NCBI GenBank assembly: GCA_050015635.1
Contig: JBEKBA010000001.1
Coordinates: 18,676 to 82,675 of the forward strand
Source of the DNA: Verrucomicrobiota bacterium
GTDB taxonomy: Bacteria > Verrucomicrobiota > Verrucomicrobiia > Limisphaerales > UBA11358
Length of the DNA stretch: 64,000 bases
Reading direction: 5' to 3'
Shown here: positions 8,674-17,360 of the stretch, one piece after another
Layout of the letters: every line of letters starts with the position of its first letter
How positions within the stretch are numbered: the first letter of the stretch is position 1
Program-made: the position numbers and the translations under genes
Notes under the pieces: model-generated
Database searches by the model: none
Seen by the model: only the letters and a program-made list of their open reading frames with translations
Told to the model about the DNA's origin: nothing

Positions 8674-9669
8674 TTACCGCCGCCACCAACTGCTCAAACT
8701 TTTGGGTTTAAGTGGTGGCGCTTGGGATTGGCGCACGAGCAACTGGCTGCGCGCGTTGGTCAACGCCATCACGAATTCGTCATAGCTCAAAAACCGGCTC
8801 GCTGGATTTTTGGCCATGGCTTTCACCAGCGCGTCGCTCGTCGGCTGTGTGACTTCGGGCAAGACCAGATTCGGCGGCGTCAAGGGCGTTTGCACTTGGG
8901 CGACAACCAGTTCCTCAACTGTCGGCGCGTCGAACGGAACATGTCCGGTCAATGCGTGATACAGCGTCGCGCCCAAACTATACATATCGGACAAAGAAGT
9001 CTCCGGCTCGCGCTTGATTTTTTCCGGCGCGACGTAATAAGGCGTGCCTTCGGTGACGGCAGTGTATTCCTGTTCTGCATCGGCTTTGCGTGCCAGGCCA
9101 AAATCCACCAGCTTCGGTTCGTGATCCTCGTTGAATAAAATGTTGCCCGGTTTGATGTCCCGATGGATCAAATTGTGTTTGAGCGTCAGATCGAGCGCGG
9201 AGGCGATTTTGATGCCGATGTCCAGCACGTCCAATTCGGCGACGCGCTGCATTTTTTCGATGCGCGTGTCAAGGCTGCCATGATCCGCGAGTTCCATCAC
9301 GAGGTAATGCATGCCCTCCCACTCGTCGAACGTGTAGATATGGATGATGTTTGTGTGATTGAGTTGCGCGCACGCCCGCGCTTCGCGATAAAAACTTTCC
9401 CGCGCCTGTGTGTCTTCCAGCAATTCCTTTTTCATCAACTTCACCGCCACCTGCCGCTCCAGCGTCGTATCCCAGCCGCGATACACCGTGCCATTGCCGC
9501 CCGACGCCACAAAACTGCGCAACTCAAACTGCCTCAACCGCATCGGCATCATGATCGGCTGGCCGCATTTCCTGCACGGCACTGTCGCCAGCGGCGCAAG
9601 ATCGCCGGGAATAAATTCCTTCGTCCCGCACCAGTGGCACGTTACCATCCGCAGTGGTTTGTCGCTCAT
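8674..9669 (-). CDS. serine/threonine protein kinase with N-terminal zinc ribbon
   Basis: ORF 8674..9669. The N-terminus has CHWCG...CRKCG. Hanks kinase motifs seen are GGNGTVYRG, VAVKLM, HRDIKPGNILF, DFGLA and APE. Confidence 0.92.
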   Translation of the reverse strand: MSDKPLRMVTCHWCGTKEFIPGDLAPLATVPCRKCGQPIMMPMRLRQFELRSFVASGGNGTVYRGWDTTLERQVAVKLMKKELLEDTQARESFYREARACAQLNHTNIIHIYTFDEWEGMHYLVMELADHGSLDTRIEKMQRVAELDVLDIGIKIASALDLTLKHNLIHRDIKPGNILFNEDHEPKLVDFGLARKADAEQEYTAVTEGTPYYVAPEKIKREPETSLSDMYSLGATLYHALTGHVPFDAPTVEELVVAQVQTPLTPPNLVLPEVTQPTSDALVKAMAKNPASRFLSYDEFVMALTNARSQLLVRQSQAPPLKPKSLSSWWRR

Positions 9670-9678
9670 GCTTAGGAC

Positions 9679-9707
9679 AATTTACATACCGGCCTGGAAA
9701 AAGGCAA
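9679..9707 (-). promoter_or_regulatory. putative kinase promoter
   Basis: Read on the minus strand: TTGCCT (9707-9702), 17 nt spacer, TAAATT (9684-9679), then 9 nt to ATG 9669. Confidence 0.4.
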
Positions 9708-9906
9708 TTTGCACCGCACAAAAACTTTTTGACAAACGTGCTGAAATAGTGTTTCTTTCCACCGGTTACGAAAATGAAAACCACGTTTGCACCAATGCTG
9801 AAGCACGCGCAAGCCAAAGGACAGTTGTCCATTTGGACGCGTGTTGGCTGCCATTTTGGCATCGTGGGAACGAAATTCTGATTTAAGAAACAAAGACTTT
9901 CAAAAG

Positions 9907-9942
9907 CCCGCGATTGCCAGTCAATCGCGGGTTTTCTGTTTT
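9907..9942 (+). terminator. rho-independent terminator with no annotated upstream gene
   Basis: The perfect 10-bp stem cccgcgattg (9907-9916) / caatcgcggg (9922-9931) has loop ccagt and is followed by ttttctgtttt. Confidence 0.7.
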
Positions 9943-9967
9943 CTAGCCCAAACACGAAAGGAAAGAC

Positions 9968-10306
9968 ATGAATAAAAATAAAACACGCGTGCCGACCGAA
10001 TTCGGCCCTGAAACACGGTTCGAGCTGCGGCCAACGCCGCCTGTTCCGTTCCGCGTCACGCAGGAGACTGAATTCGAGCGGCTCAAGAACCAACTGCTTG
10101 CAAGGCAACTGGCCGAAGCGCCAACGCCGGAACTGAACCCGCCGTTGCGGCGCGCGGCCAACGAAGCAGCGGCGCTGGCATGGGCGACCATTTTCCCATT
10201 ACTGGTGTTTCCGGTGTTGTTCGAGGAAAAAATTGAGACTGCGCTGCGCCAGGCTGAACGCCAGGCGCGTATTTACGCCAGCAGCCGCGAACTTATCGCC
10301 GCATGA
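9968..10306 (+). CDS. hypothetical protein (112 aa)
   Basis: ORF 9968..10306. It is preceded by gaaaggaaagac, one of the few SD-like sequences in the window. I recognise no motif; there is one hydrophobic segment (WATIFPLLVFPVLF). Confidence 0.6.
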   Translation: MNKNKTRVPTEFGPETRFELRPTPPVPFRVTQETEFERLKNQLLARQLAEAPTPELNPPLRRAANEAAALAWATIFPLLVFPVLFEEKIETALRQAERQARIYASSRELIAA

Positions 10307-10417
10307 AAACGCATATGCATAAAGCAGGAAACAAGCGCGCGGGAAGCCGTTGGCACGAGCGAAAACATTTTTACGCTTGTGCCAACGGCTTCTCGCTGCG
10401 CTCCCACGAAGCTCAAA

Positions 10418-11680
10418 TCACTTTTCCTCGACGCGCTGAATCCGCGCGCCGAGCTTGCGCAACTTCGTGTCCATGTTTTCGTAACCGCGATCCAGATGAT
10501 AAATGCGATTCACTTGCGTTGTGCCTTTTGCCGCGAGTCCGGCGATGACCAATGCTGCCGACGCGCGCAAATCGCTCGCCATCACCGGCGCGCCGCTCAA
10601 CGGTTTCCCGCCTTTCACAATTGCGCTTGGCCCTTCAATTTCGATTTCCGCGCCGAGTCGCGCCAGTTCGCTCACGTGCATGAAGCGCGACTCAAAAATC
10701 CGCTCCGTGATGATGCTGATGCCCGGTGCGAGCACGAGCAGCGACATCATCTGCGCCTGCACGTCTGTCGGAAAGCCGGAATACGGCAGCGTCGTCACAT
10801 CCGCCGCTTTCAAATTTTTCCCGCGACGGACAATTAAACTTCCACCGAGTTTTTCAACTTTCACGCCAGCTTCATTCAACTTGTCAATCACCGCGCGCAA
10901 ATGATCCGCCCGCGCGCCTTTTAGCGTTATTTCACCGTTGGTCGCGGCGGCGGCAATCATAAATGTCGCCGCTTCAATCCGGTCAGGAATGACTTCATGT
11001 TCCGCGCCGTGCAGCTTTTCAACGCCGGTAATGGTAATTGTCGGGCTGCCCGCGCCGGAAATTTTTGCGCCCATCGCGTTCAGAAAATTCGCCAGGTCCA
11101 CCACTTCCGGCTCGCACGCCGCGCTTTCGATGACCGTCACACCGTCGGCCAGCGCCGCTGCCATCATTATGTTCGCCGTGCCGAGCACCGTCGGGCCGGC
11201 GCGTCCGCCGAGAAATACGGATGAACCAGCCAGTTTTTTTGCCGTTACCGTGACGTAGCCGCCCTCAATTTCAATTTTCGCGCCGAGCGATTCAAAACCT
11301 TTCAAGTGCAGATTGATGGGCCGCGCGCCGATGACGCAGCCGCCGGGCAGCGATACTCGCGCTTTTTTCAACCGACCCAGCAGGGGCCCCATGATGCAGA
11401 CCGAGCCGCGCATTTTGCGAACAAGTTCGTAATCGGCATAGCCCCGGATTTTTTTCACTTGCACAGTTAGCGTGTCGCGCTCGAATTTCACCGCCGCGCC
11501 GAGCGATTCGAGGATCTGCGCCATGAACCGCGTATCGCTCAAGTCCGGAACGCGCCGGATAACGCACGGCTCGCCGGTCAGCAGTGTCGCCGCCATGATC
11601 GGCAGCGCGGCGTTTTTACTGCCGCTGATGGTCACTTCGCCGTGCAATGGCACTCCGCCTTTGATTAAAAAGCTTTCCAT
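10418..11680 (-). CDS. murA: UDP-N-acetylglucosamine 1-carboxyvinyltransferase
   Basis: ORF 10418..11680, typical MurA along its full length (MESFLIKGGVPLHGEVTISGSKNAALPIMAA..., LDRGYENMDTKLRKLGA). Confidence 0.95.
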   Translation of the reverse strand: MESFLIKGGVPLHGEVTISGSKNAALPIMAATLLTGEPCVIRRVPDLSDTRFMAQILESLGAAVKFERDTLTVQVKKIRGYADYELVRKMRGSVCIMGPLLGRLKKARVSLPGGCVIGARPINLHLKGFESLGAKIEIEGGYVTVTAKKLAGSSVFLGGRAGPTVLGTANIMMAAALADGVTVIESAACEPEVVDLANFLNAMGAKISGAGSPTITITGVEKLHGAEHEVIPDRIEAATFMIAAAATNGEITLKGARADHLRAVIDKLNEAGVKVEKLGGSLIVRRGKNLKAADVTTLPYSGFPTDVQAQMMSLLVLAPGISIITERIFESRFMHVSELARLGAEIEIEGPSAIVKGGKPLSGAPVMASDLRASAALVIAGLAAKGTTQVNRIYHLDRGYENMDTKLRKLGARIQRVEEK

Positions 11681-11707
11681 GATTTTTAGCCGCCCAATCG
11701 CGGCGAA

Positions 11708-12559
11708 TTAAATTTTCGCAATCAAAATTCTGGCGCGTTGAGAGTAGTCATCCTTCACCGCTTCGACAATCCACTTTTCATTTTCAAAAATTTTCCGAAT
11801 CGTCCCGGCCTGGCCATCGCCGAATTCCAGCATCATTTTCCCGGCCGGTTTCAAAAGTGATTTTACCTTCGTTGCGAGCAGGCGATAAAAATTCAGGCCA
11901 TCCGCGCCGCCGTCCAATGCGCCGCGCGGATCAAAGTCGCGCACTTCCGGTTGGAGTGTGGTGATTTCGGCGGACGGAATGTAAGGCGGATTGCTGACAA
12001 TGAGATCAAAGCGCGTGTCGGCCGGCAATGCGGCAAAATTGTCGCTTTGCAAAAATTGGATTTTTTCCGTGACATTATTTCGCGCAGCGCTTTGCGCGGC
12101 CAACACGAGCGCGTCTGCCGAAATATCTGTTGCAACAATTTTTGCCGCCGGACATTTTGCCGCGAGTGTGATGGCGATGCAGCCACTGCCGGTGCCGAAG
12201 TCGAGAGCAGTTGAGGGTTGAGCGTTGAGAGTTGTGAGAAATTGCCAGCCGAGTTCGGCGAGGATTTCGGTTTCAGGGCGCGGAATCAGGACGTGACGGT
12301 TAACGGCGATTTCCAATCCGCAAAACGAAGTCGATCCGGTGATGTGTTGGAGCGGTTCGCGCAGGCCGCGGCGTTTGACAAGTTTGCGCAACGCGTCCGT
12401 TTCCACTGGCGTGAGCGTACGCTCGAAATTCAGATACAATTTCATGCGCGGCATTTTCAGCAGATGCGCGAGCAGCAACTCCGTTTGCAGGCGCGGCGAT
12501 TCGACGCCCCTTTGCCCGAGAAAATCCGCGCTCTTCTGAATCGCTTCGAGAACCGTCAC
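11708..12559 (-). CDS. prmC: peptide chain release factor N5-glutamine methyltransferase
   Basis: ORF 11708..12559 with a GTG start. It carries the SAM motif DFGTGSGCIAI and the catalytic NPPY (VSNPPYIPS). Confidence 0.9.
   Translation of the reverse strand: MTVLEAIQKSADFLGQRGVESPRLQTELLLAHLLKMPRMKLYLNFERTLTPVETDALRKLVKRRGLREPLQHITGSTSFCGLEIAVNRHVLIPRPETEILAELGWQFLTTLNAQPSTALDFGTGSGCIAITLAAKCPAAKIVATDISADALVLAAQSAARNNVTEKIQFLQSDNFAALPADTRFDLIVSNPPYIPSAEITTLQPEVRDFDPRGALDGGADGLNFYRLLATKVKSLLKPAGKMMLEFGDGQAGTIRKIFENEKWIVEAVKDDYSQRARILIAKI
12211..12238. repeat. tandem heptanucleotide array (ttgagNg x3 + ttgtgag) inside prmC
   Basis: Read directly: ttgaggg ttgagcg ttgagag ttgtgag. On the coding (minus) strand it encodes TTLNAQPST, just before the SAM-binding motif. 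Confidence 0.8.
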
Positions 12560-12565
12560 GCGGCC

Positions 12566-12595
12566 AGTCTAAACCGGTGGGTTGCGAGTGAACAA
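12566..12595 (-). promoter_or_regulatory. putative prmC-murA promoter (leaderless geometry)
   Basis: Read on the minus strand: TTGTTC (12595-12590), 18 nt spacer, TAGACT (12571-12566), then 6 nt to GTG 12559. Confidence 0.45.
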
Positions 12596-12614
12596 GCAGG
12601 CGCTCGCGCAATGG

Positions 12615-12907
12615 TCACTCAAAATTGTGGATTACAGCCTTCTTGCAAACATGCTTGAACCCCTTTCCACGAACTCGATGTGCCGGGGATAAACCTGATA
12701 ATCGTCCTGTGCCTGTTTGTTTGAAAAACCAGATTGAGCGCGACCTGATAAGTTTGATACACCACTGGGCGACGGCTCGGCACCATTTTACCGACATTGA
12801 AGTGCAGGACGCCGGGCAGCGATTTCAAATATTTATTCACCCCGGTGATCAACTCGTCAGTGGCGTTTGGATTGGCCGGGCCTGAAAACAACGATGTGTG
12901 AAAACAT
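12615..12907 (-). pseudogene. Dabb (stress-responsive alpha/beta barrel) family gene with three frameshifts
   Basis: Own three-frame reading of the minus strand gives four pieces: MFSHIVVF.. (frame of ORF 12857..13234), then ANPNATDELITGVNKYLKSLPGVLHFNVGKMVPSRRPVVYQTYQVALNLVF (ORF 12619..12942), then NKQAQDDYQVYPRHIEFVE (first frame again), then GFKHVCKKAVIHNFE* (ORF 12615..12797). Joined, they read as a full-length Dabb protein. Each switch lies at a short homopolymer. Confidence 0.6.
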
Positions 12908-12994
12908 GACGCAGATGTTTGCCGTGGTTCGTGTCGCGGCAAAGGAAATTTTCGTTTCCGTTCGGGAGAAATTCATGTTTAGTTTTTGCACTCT

Positions 12995-13921
12995 ATGAAC
13001 AAAACCGCATTGCTGTTTGCCGGACAGGGCGCGCAGGCCGTTGGCATGGGCAAAGACCTCGCCGAAAATTTTCCGTCGGCGAAAAATTGGTTCAACCTCG
13101 CCAATGTCGCGCTCGGCTACGACCTCGCTTCGATTTGTTTCAACGGGCCGGAAGCCGAACTGACCAAAACCGAAAATGCGCAGCCGGGAATTTTTCTCGT
13201 GAGCTGGGTCGCGTTTCAATTGCTCAAAGAACAAGCACCAGATTTGAAATTTGCCGCGACTGCCGGTTTGTCGCTCGGCGAGTTCACGGCGCTCACGGCG
13301 GCGGGCGCAATAAGTTTTGAGGACAGTTTACGCGTCGTCCGCCAGCGCGGAAAATTCATGCAGGAAGCGTGCGATGCGACGCATGGTGGCATGGCGGCGA
13401 TTATCGGTCTGGATGAAACGCCGACGCGCGAAGTCTGTGCCGAAGCGGGCGTGGTGTTGGCGAATCTGAATTGCCCCGGCCAACTCGTCATTTCCGGTGA
13501 GGCGGAAAAAATTACCAAGGCCGTCGAACTCGCCAAAGCCAAAGGCGCGAAACGGGCGATTCCGTTGCCGGTTGCCGGCGCATATCACTCGCCGCTCATG
13601 GTAAGTGCGCAGCCGAAGTTACAGGCTGAACTTTGGAAAATAAAAATTTCCGCGCCCAATGTCCCCGTAATTGCGAACGTGACGGCGAAGCCACACGGCG
13701 TCCCGGATAAAATCAGCGCGCGGTTGGTCGAGCAGGTCACATCGCCGGTTTTGTGGGAAAATTCGATGCGGTATTTGTTGGCTCAAGGTTTCACGCGTTT
13801 CATCGAATTGGGGCCGGGCACGGCCTTGAGCGGATTTATGAAGCGCATTGATAAAGTCGCGCAGATGTTAAACGTGGCGGATGTGGCGAGTTTGGAAACG
13901 GTGGTGAAGGCGTTAAGCTAG
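12995..13921 (+). CDS. fabD: malonyl CoA-acyl carrier protein transacylase
   Basis: This is the ATG 12995 sub-ORF of 12986..13921. It begins MNKTALLFAGQGAQ, has the active-site GLSLGEF, and contains VAGAYHSPLM. Confidence 0.93.
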   Translation: MNKTALLFAGQGAQAVGMGKDLAENFPSAKNWFNLANVALGYDLASICFNGPEAELTKTENAQPGIFLVSWVAFQLLKEQAPDLKFAATAGLSLGEFTALTAAGAISFEDSLRVVRQRGKFMQEACDATHGGMAAIIGLDETPTREVCAEAGVVLANLNCPGQLVISGEAEKITKAVELAKAKGAKRAIPLPVAGAYHSPLMVSAQPKLQAELWKIKISAPNVPVIANVTAKPHGVPDKISARLVEQVTSPVLWENSMRYLLAQGFTRFIELGPGTALSGFMKRIDKVAQMLNVADVASLETVVKALS

Positions 13922-13926
13922 ACAGC

Positions 13927-14136
13927 ATGATTCTACCAACAATCAAAGTTCCTGAAAATAGTGTGTATATCATGTCTTCATCAGAAACGGTTGAAATTCT
14001 TAATTGCCTTCAAAAGGCAGAAATTTATGACTGTCTTGAAAAGAAAGGGGCGGTGGCGGAAAATTTGTGGGATTATCCAGGAGATTTAATTCAAAATTTT
14101 CTTGGCACTTTCCGCCAAGCTCGGAAAGACTCTTAA
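13927..14136 (+). CDS. small hypothetical protein (69 aa) filling the fabD-fabG gap
   Basis: ORF 13927..14136 starts 5 nt after the fabD stop and ends 5 nt before the fabG ATG. It is markedly AT-richer than the surrounding fab genes, and I recognise no motif. Confidence 0.4.
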   Translation: MILPTIKVPENSVYIMSSSETVEILNCLQKAEIYDCLEKKGAVAENLWDYPGDLIQNFLGTFRQARKDS

Positions 14137-14141
14137 TCATC

Positions 14142-14885
14142 ATGTCTCAACTCATAGATCAAATTGCCGTTGTCACGGGCGCGGGCCGCGGGATCGGCCG
14201 TGCCATCGCGTTGAAATTTGCCGTTGAAGGCGCGGATGTCGTCTGCGTTTCGCGCACACAGGAAAATTCCGAAAAGGTCGCGGCGGAAATCCGCGCGCTT
14301 GGGCGCAAAGCTTGGGCGTTTGCCGCGGACGTGGTGGATTCCGCCGCTGTCAACGCCGTCGCCGAGAAAATTCTGGCGGATTGTGGCAACGTGGACATTT
14401 TGGTGAATAACGCAGGTGTAACGCGTGACGGTTTGTTGATGCGCATGAGCGATGCGGATTGGGACACGGTGTTGAATACGAATTTGAAGGGCGCGTTTCT
14501 TTTTACAAAAGCATTTTTTCGCGCGTTTGCAAAGCAACGTGCCGGTCGCATCATCAACATTTCATCCGTCATCGGTTTGATCGGCAACGCGGGTCAATGC
14601 AATTACGCGGCGAGCAAGGCGGGCTTGATCGGGTTCACACAATCGGTGGCGCGCGAGCTGGCGGGGCGCGGTGTCACGGTGAATGCGATTGCACCGGGCT
14701 TCATCGAAACTGACATGACGTCGAAATTGAACGGGGAATTGAAGGCGAACATTTTGAAGCAGATTCCATTGGGTAAATTCGGTTCAGCAGACGACGTCGC
14801 TGCTGCCGCATTGTTTCTGGCAAGTTCATCGGCGCGTTACGTTACGGGACAGGTTTTGACGGTGGATGGCGGCATGGTGATGTGA
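14142..14885 (+). CDS. fabG: 3-oxoacyl-ACP reductase
   Basis: This is the ATG 14142 sub-ORF of 14067..14885. It has TGAGRGIGRAIA, NNAG, and the catalytic YAASKAG. Confidence 0.93.
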   Translation: MSQLIDQIAVVTGAGRGIGRAIALKFAVEGADVVCVSRTQENSEKVAAEIRALGRKAWAFAADVVDSAAVNAVAEKILADCGNVDILVNNAGVTRDGLLMRMSDADWDTVLNTNLKGAFLFTKAFFRAFAKQRAGRIINISSVIGLIGNAGQCNYAASKAGLIGFTQSVARELAGRGVTVNAIAPGFIETDMTSKLNGELKANILKQIPLGKFGSADDVAAAALFLASSSARYVTGQVLTVDGGMVM

Positions 14886-14976
14886 ATGTGCCTTGAATGG
14901 CGCGCCACCTTGATTTTGCGTTTCAAAATTGAAACTTGACGATTTTTTAATTCATGGCATAGAAGACGGAACAATT

Positions 14977-15219
14977 ATGGCTGACAAACCTATTGACCAA
15001 CGGGTAAAGGACATCATCGTCGAACAACTGGGCGTGAAACCGGATCAGGTGACGCCGGAGGCGAAGTTCATCGAAGACCTCGGCGCGGATTCGCTCGACA
15101 CGGTCGAGTTGATTATGGCGCTGGAGGAGGAGTTTGGCATCGAAGTGCCGGACGAACAGGCTGAAAAGCTTTTAACCGTCGGCGATGTGGGCAAGTACAT
15201 CGAAGAACATCAAAAATAG
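14977..15219 (+). CDS. acpP: acyl carrier protein
   Basis: This is the ATG 14977 sub-ORF of 14929..15219. It carries the phosphopantetheine site [12 protein letters not shown]. Confidence 0.95.
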   Translation: MADKPIDQRVKDIIVEQLGVKPDQVTPEAKFIEDLGADSLDTVELIMALEEEFGIEVPDEQAEKLLTVGDVGKYIEEHQK

Positions 15220-15280
15220 TTGCGACTTTCCGCGCTTCGGGCAGTTTGGCTGAATCAGCTTAAACTGCCCCTTTTAATTT

Positions 15281-16540
15281 ATGGCCAGTAATTCAACAGA
15301 ACGTCGTGTCGTCATCACCGGTCTTGGTGTGGTGACGCCACTCGGACAGCAATTGGACGTTTTTTGGAACAAATTGATTTCCGGGCAATGCGGCATCGAC
15401 CGGATCAGTTCGTTTGAGCCGTCGGCGTTGGACACGCAAATCGCCGGGGAAGTGAAAAACTTTGATCCGACACCGGCATTTCCTTCGCCCAAAGAAGTCC
15501 GGCGCACGGATCGCTATTCGCAGTGCGGTGTTTACGCCGGATGGCAGGCGCTCAAGGATTCCGGCCTCGACCTGGAAAAGGAAAATTGTGACGAAATCGG
15601 TGTCATCATCGGTTCCGGCATCGGCGGGCTGGAAACGACCGCCGAGCAGCACAAGATTCTGATGGAGCGCGGACCGGGCCGGCTTTCGCCGTTCATGATT
15701 CCGATGCTCATCAGCAACATGGCCTCCGGTCTGTTCTCGATGTTTTACCATCTGCGCGGGCCGAATTTTGCCACCTGCTCTGCGTGCGCGACGGCGAACC
15801 ACGCCATCGGCGAAGCCTGGCGCGCCATCAAAATGGGGGACGCGCCGGTGATGTTCGCTGGCGGCGCGGAAGCGGCCATCACACCCATCGGCATCGGCGG
15901 GTTTTGCGCAATGCGCGCCATGAGCACACGTAATGATGACCCCAAGCACGCTTCCCGTCCGTTCGACAAGGAACGCGATGGCTTTGTCATGGGCGAAGGC
16001 GCGGGCGTCGTTGTGCTGGAGGAATTGGAACACGCCAAAAAGCGCGGCGCAGAAATTTATTGCGAAGTCGTTGGTTACGGCAACACCGCCGACGCTTATC
16101 ATCTCACCACTCCGTCGCCCGACGGCGAAGGCGCGGCGCGCTGCATGAAAATGGCTTTGAAGACCGGTGGACTGAAAATTGAAGACGTGAGTTACATCAA
16201 CGCCCACGGCACTTCCACGCCACAAGGCGATGCCTGTGAAACGCAGGCCATCAAGACCGTTTTCGGTGAACACGCGAAAAAAATCGCCGTCAGTTCCACC
16301 AAAGGCGCGACCGGTCACATGCTCGGCGCGGCGGGCGCGGTCGAGATGAGCGTCTGCGCGCTGGCCATCAAGCACGGCATCGCGCCGCCGACCATCAATT
16401 ATCAAACGCCCGACCCCGAATGCGATTTGGATTACGTGCCCAACACCGCACGCGAAATGAAAGTCAACGCCATCATCAACAACTCCTTCGGTTTTGGGGG
16501 GCATAATGCGAGTATCGCAGCTAAGAAGTTCGTCGGGTAA
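15281..16540 (+). CDS. fabF: 3-oxoacyl-ACP synthase II
   Basis: ORF 15281..16540. It has the active-site Cys context CSACATANHAIG, plus NAHGTSTP, GHMLGAAG and NSFGFGGHN. Confidence 0.95.
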   Translation: MASNSTERRVVITGLGVVTPLGQQLDVFWNKLISGQCGIDRISSFEPSALDTQIAGEVKNFDPTPAFPSPKEVRRTDRYSQCGVYAGWQALKDSGLDLEKENCDEIGVIIGSGIGGLETTAEQHKILMERGPGRLSPFMIPMLISNMASGLFSMFYHLRGPNFATCSACATANHAIGEAWRAIKMGDAPVMFAGGAEAAITPIGIGGFCAMRAMSTRNDDPKHASRPFDKERDGFVMGEGAGVVVLEELEHAKKRGAEIYCEVVGYGNTADAYHLTTPSPDGEGAARCMKMALKTGGLKIEDVSYINAHGTSTPQGDACETQAIKTVFGEHAKKIAVSSTKGATGHMLGAAGAVEMSVCALAIKHGIAPPTINYQTPDPECDLDYVPNTAREMKVNAIINNSFGFGGHNASIAAKKFVG

Positions 16541-16575
16541 TCTCGATATTCAATGGAGTCTGTGTCCATCTGTGG

Positions 16576-17280
<705 letters not shown>

Positions 17281-17287
17281 CGAAATG

Positions 17288-17316
17288 ATTTAAGCCGAAG
17301 CCGCATACCGCGACAA
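17288..17316 (-). promoter_or_regulatory. putative pyrF promoter (leaderless geometry)
   Basis: Read on the minus strand: TTGTCG (17316-17311), 17 nt spacer, TTAAAT (17293-17288), then 7 nt to ATG 17280. Confidence 0.45.
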
Positions 17317-17325
17317 GCCGCCGTT

Positions 17326-17354
17326 TTGACTTTGCTCCACACTTGCCCTAGCCT
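17326..17354 (+). promoter_or_regulatory. putative hisD promoter (leaderless geometry)
   Basis: TTGACT (17326-17331), 17 nt spacer, TAGCCT (17349-17354), then 6 nt to ATG 17361. Confidence 0.5.
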
Positions 17355-17360
17355 GCCGGC

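Noticed and set aside
10303-10548. Small + strand ORFs overlapping the 3-prime end of murA (10303..10548, 10379..10837).
   Set aside because: They lie entirely or largely inside the antisense of murA, and their products are Arg/Cys-rich with no motif.
15293-16504. A 403-aa ORF antisense to fabF.
   Set aside because: The sense frame carries every FabF catalytic motif. The antisense product is Arg/Gly/Ala-rich with no motif, which is typical of shadow ORFs in GC-rich third-position-biased genes. The same reasoning applies to 41507..42559 (antisense ptsI), 53639..54688 (antisense epimerase), 7160..7954 (antisense bamD-like), 28941..29906 (antisense TMTC-like) and 35440..36156 (antisense tatC).
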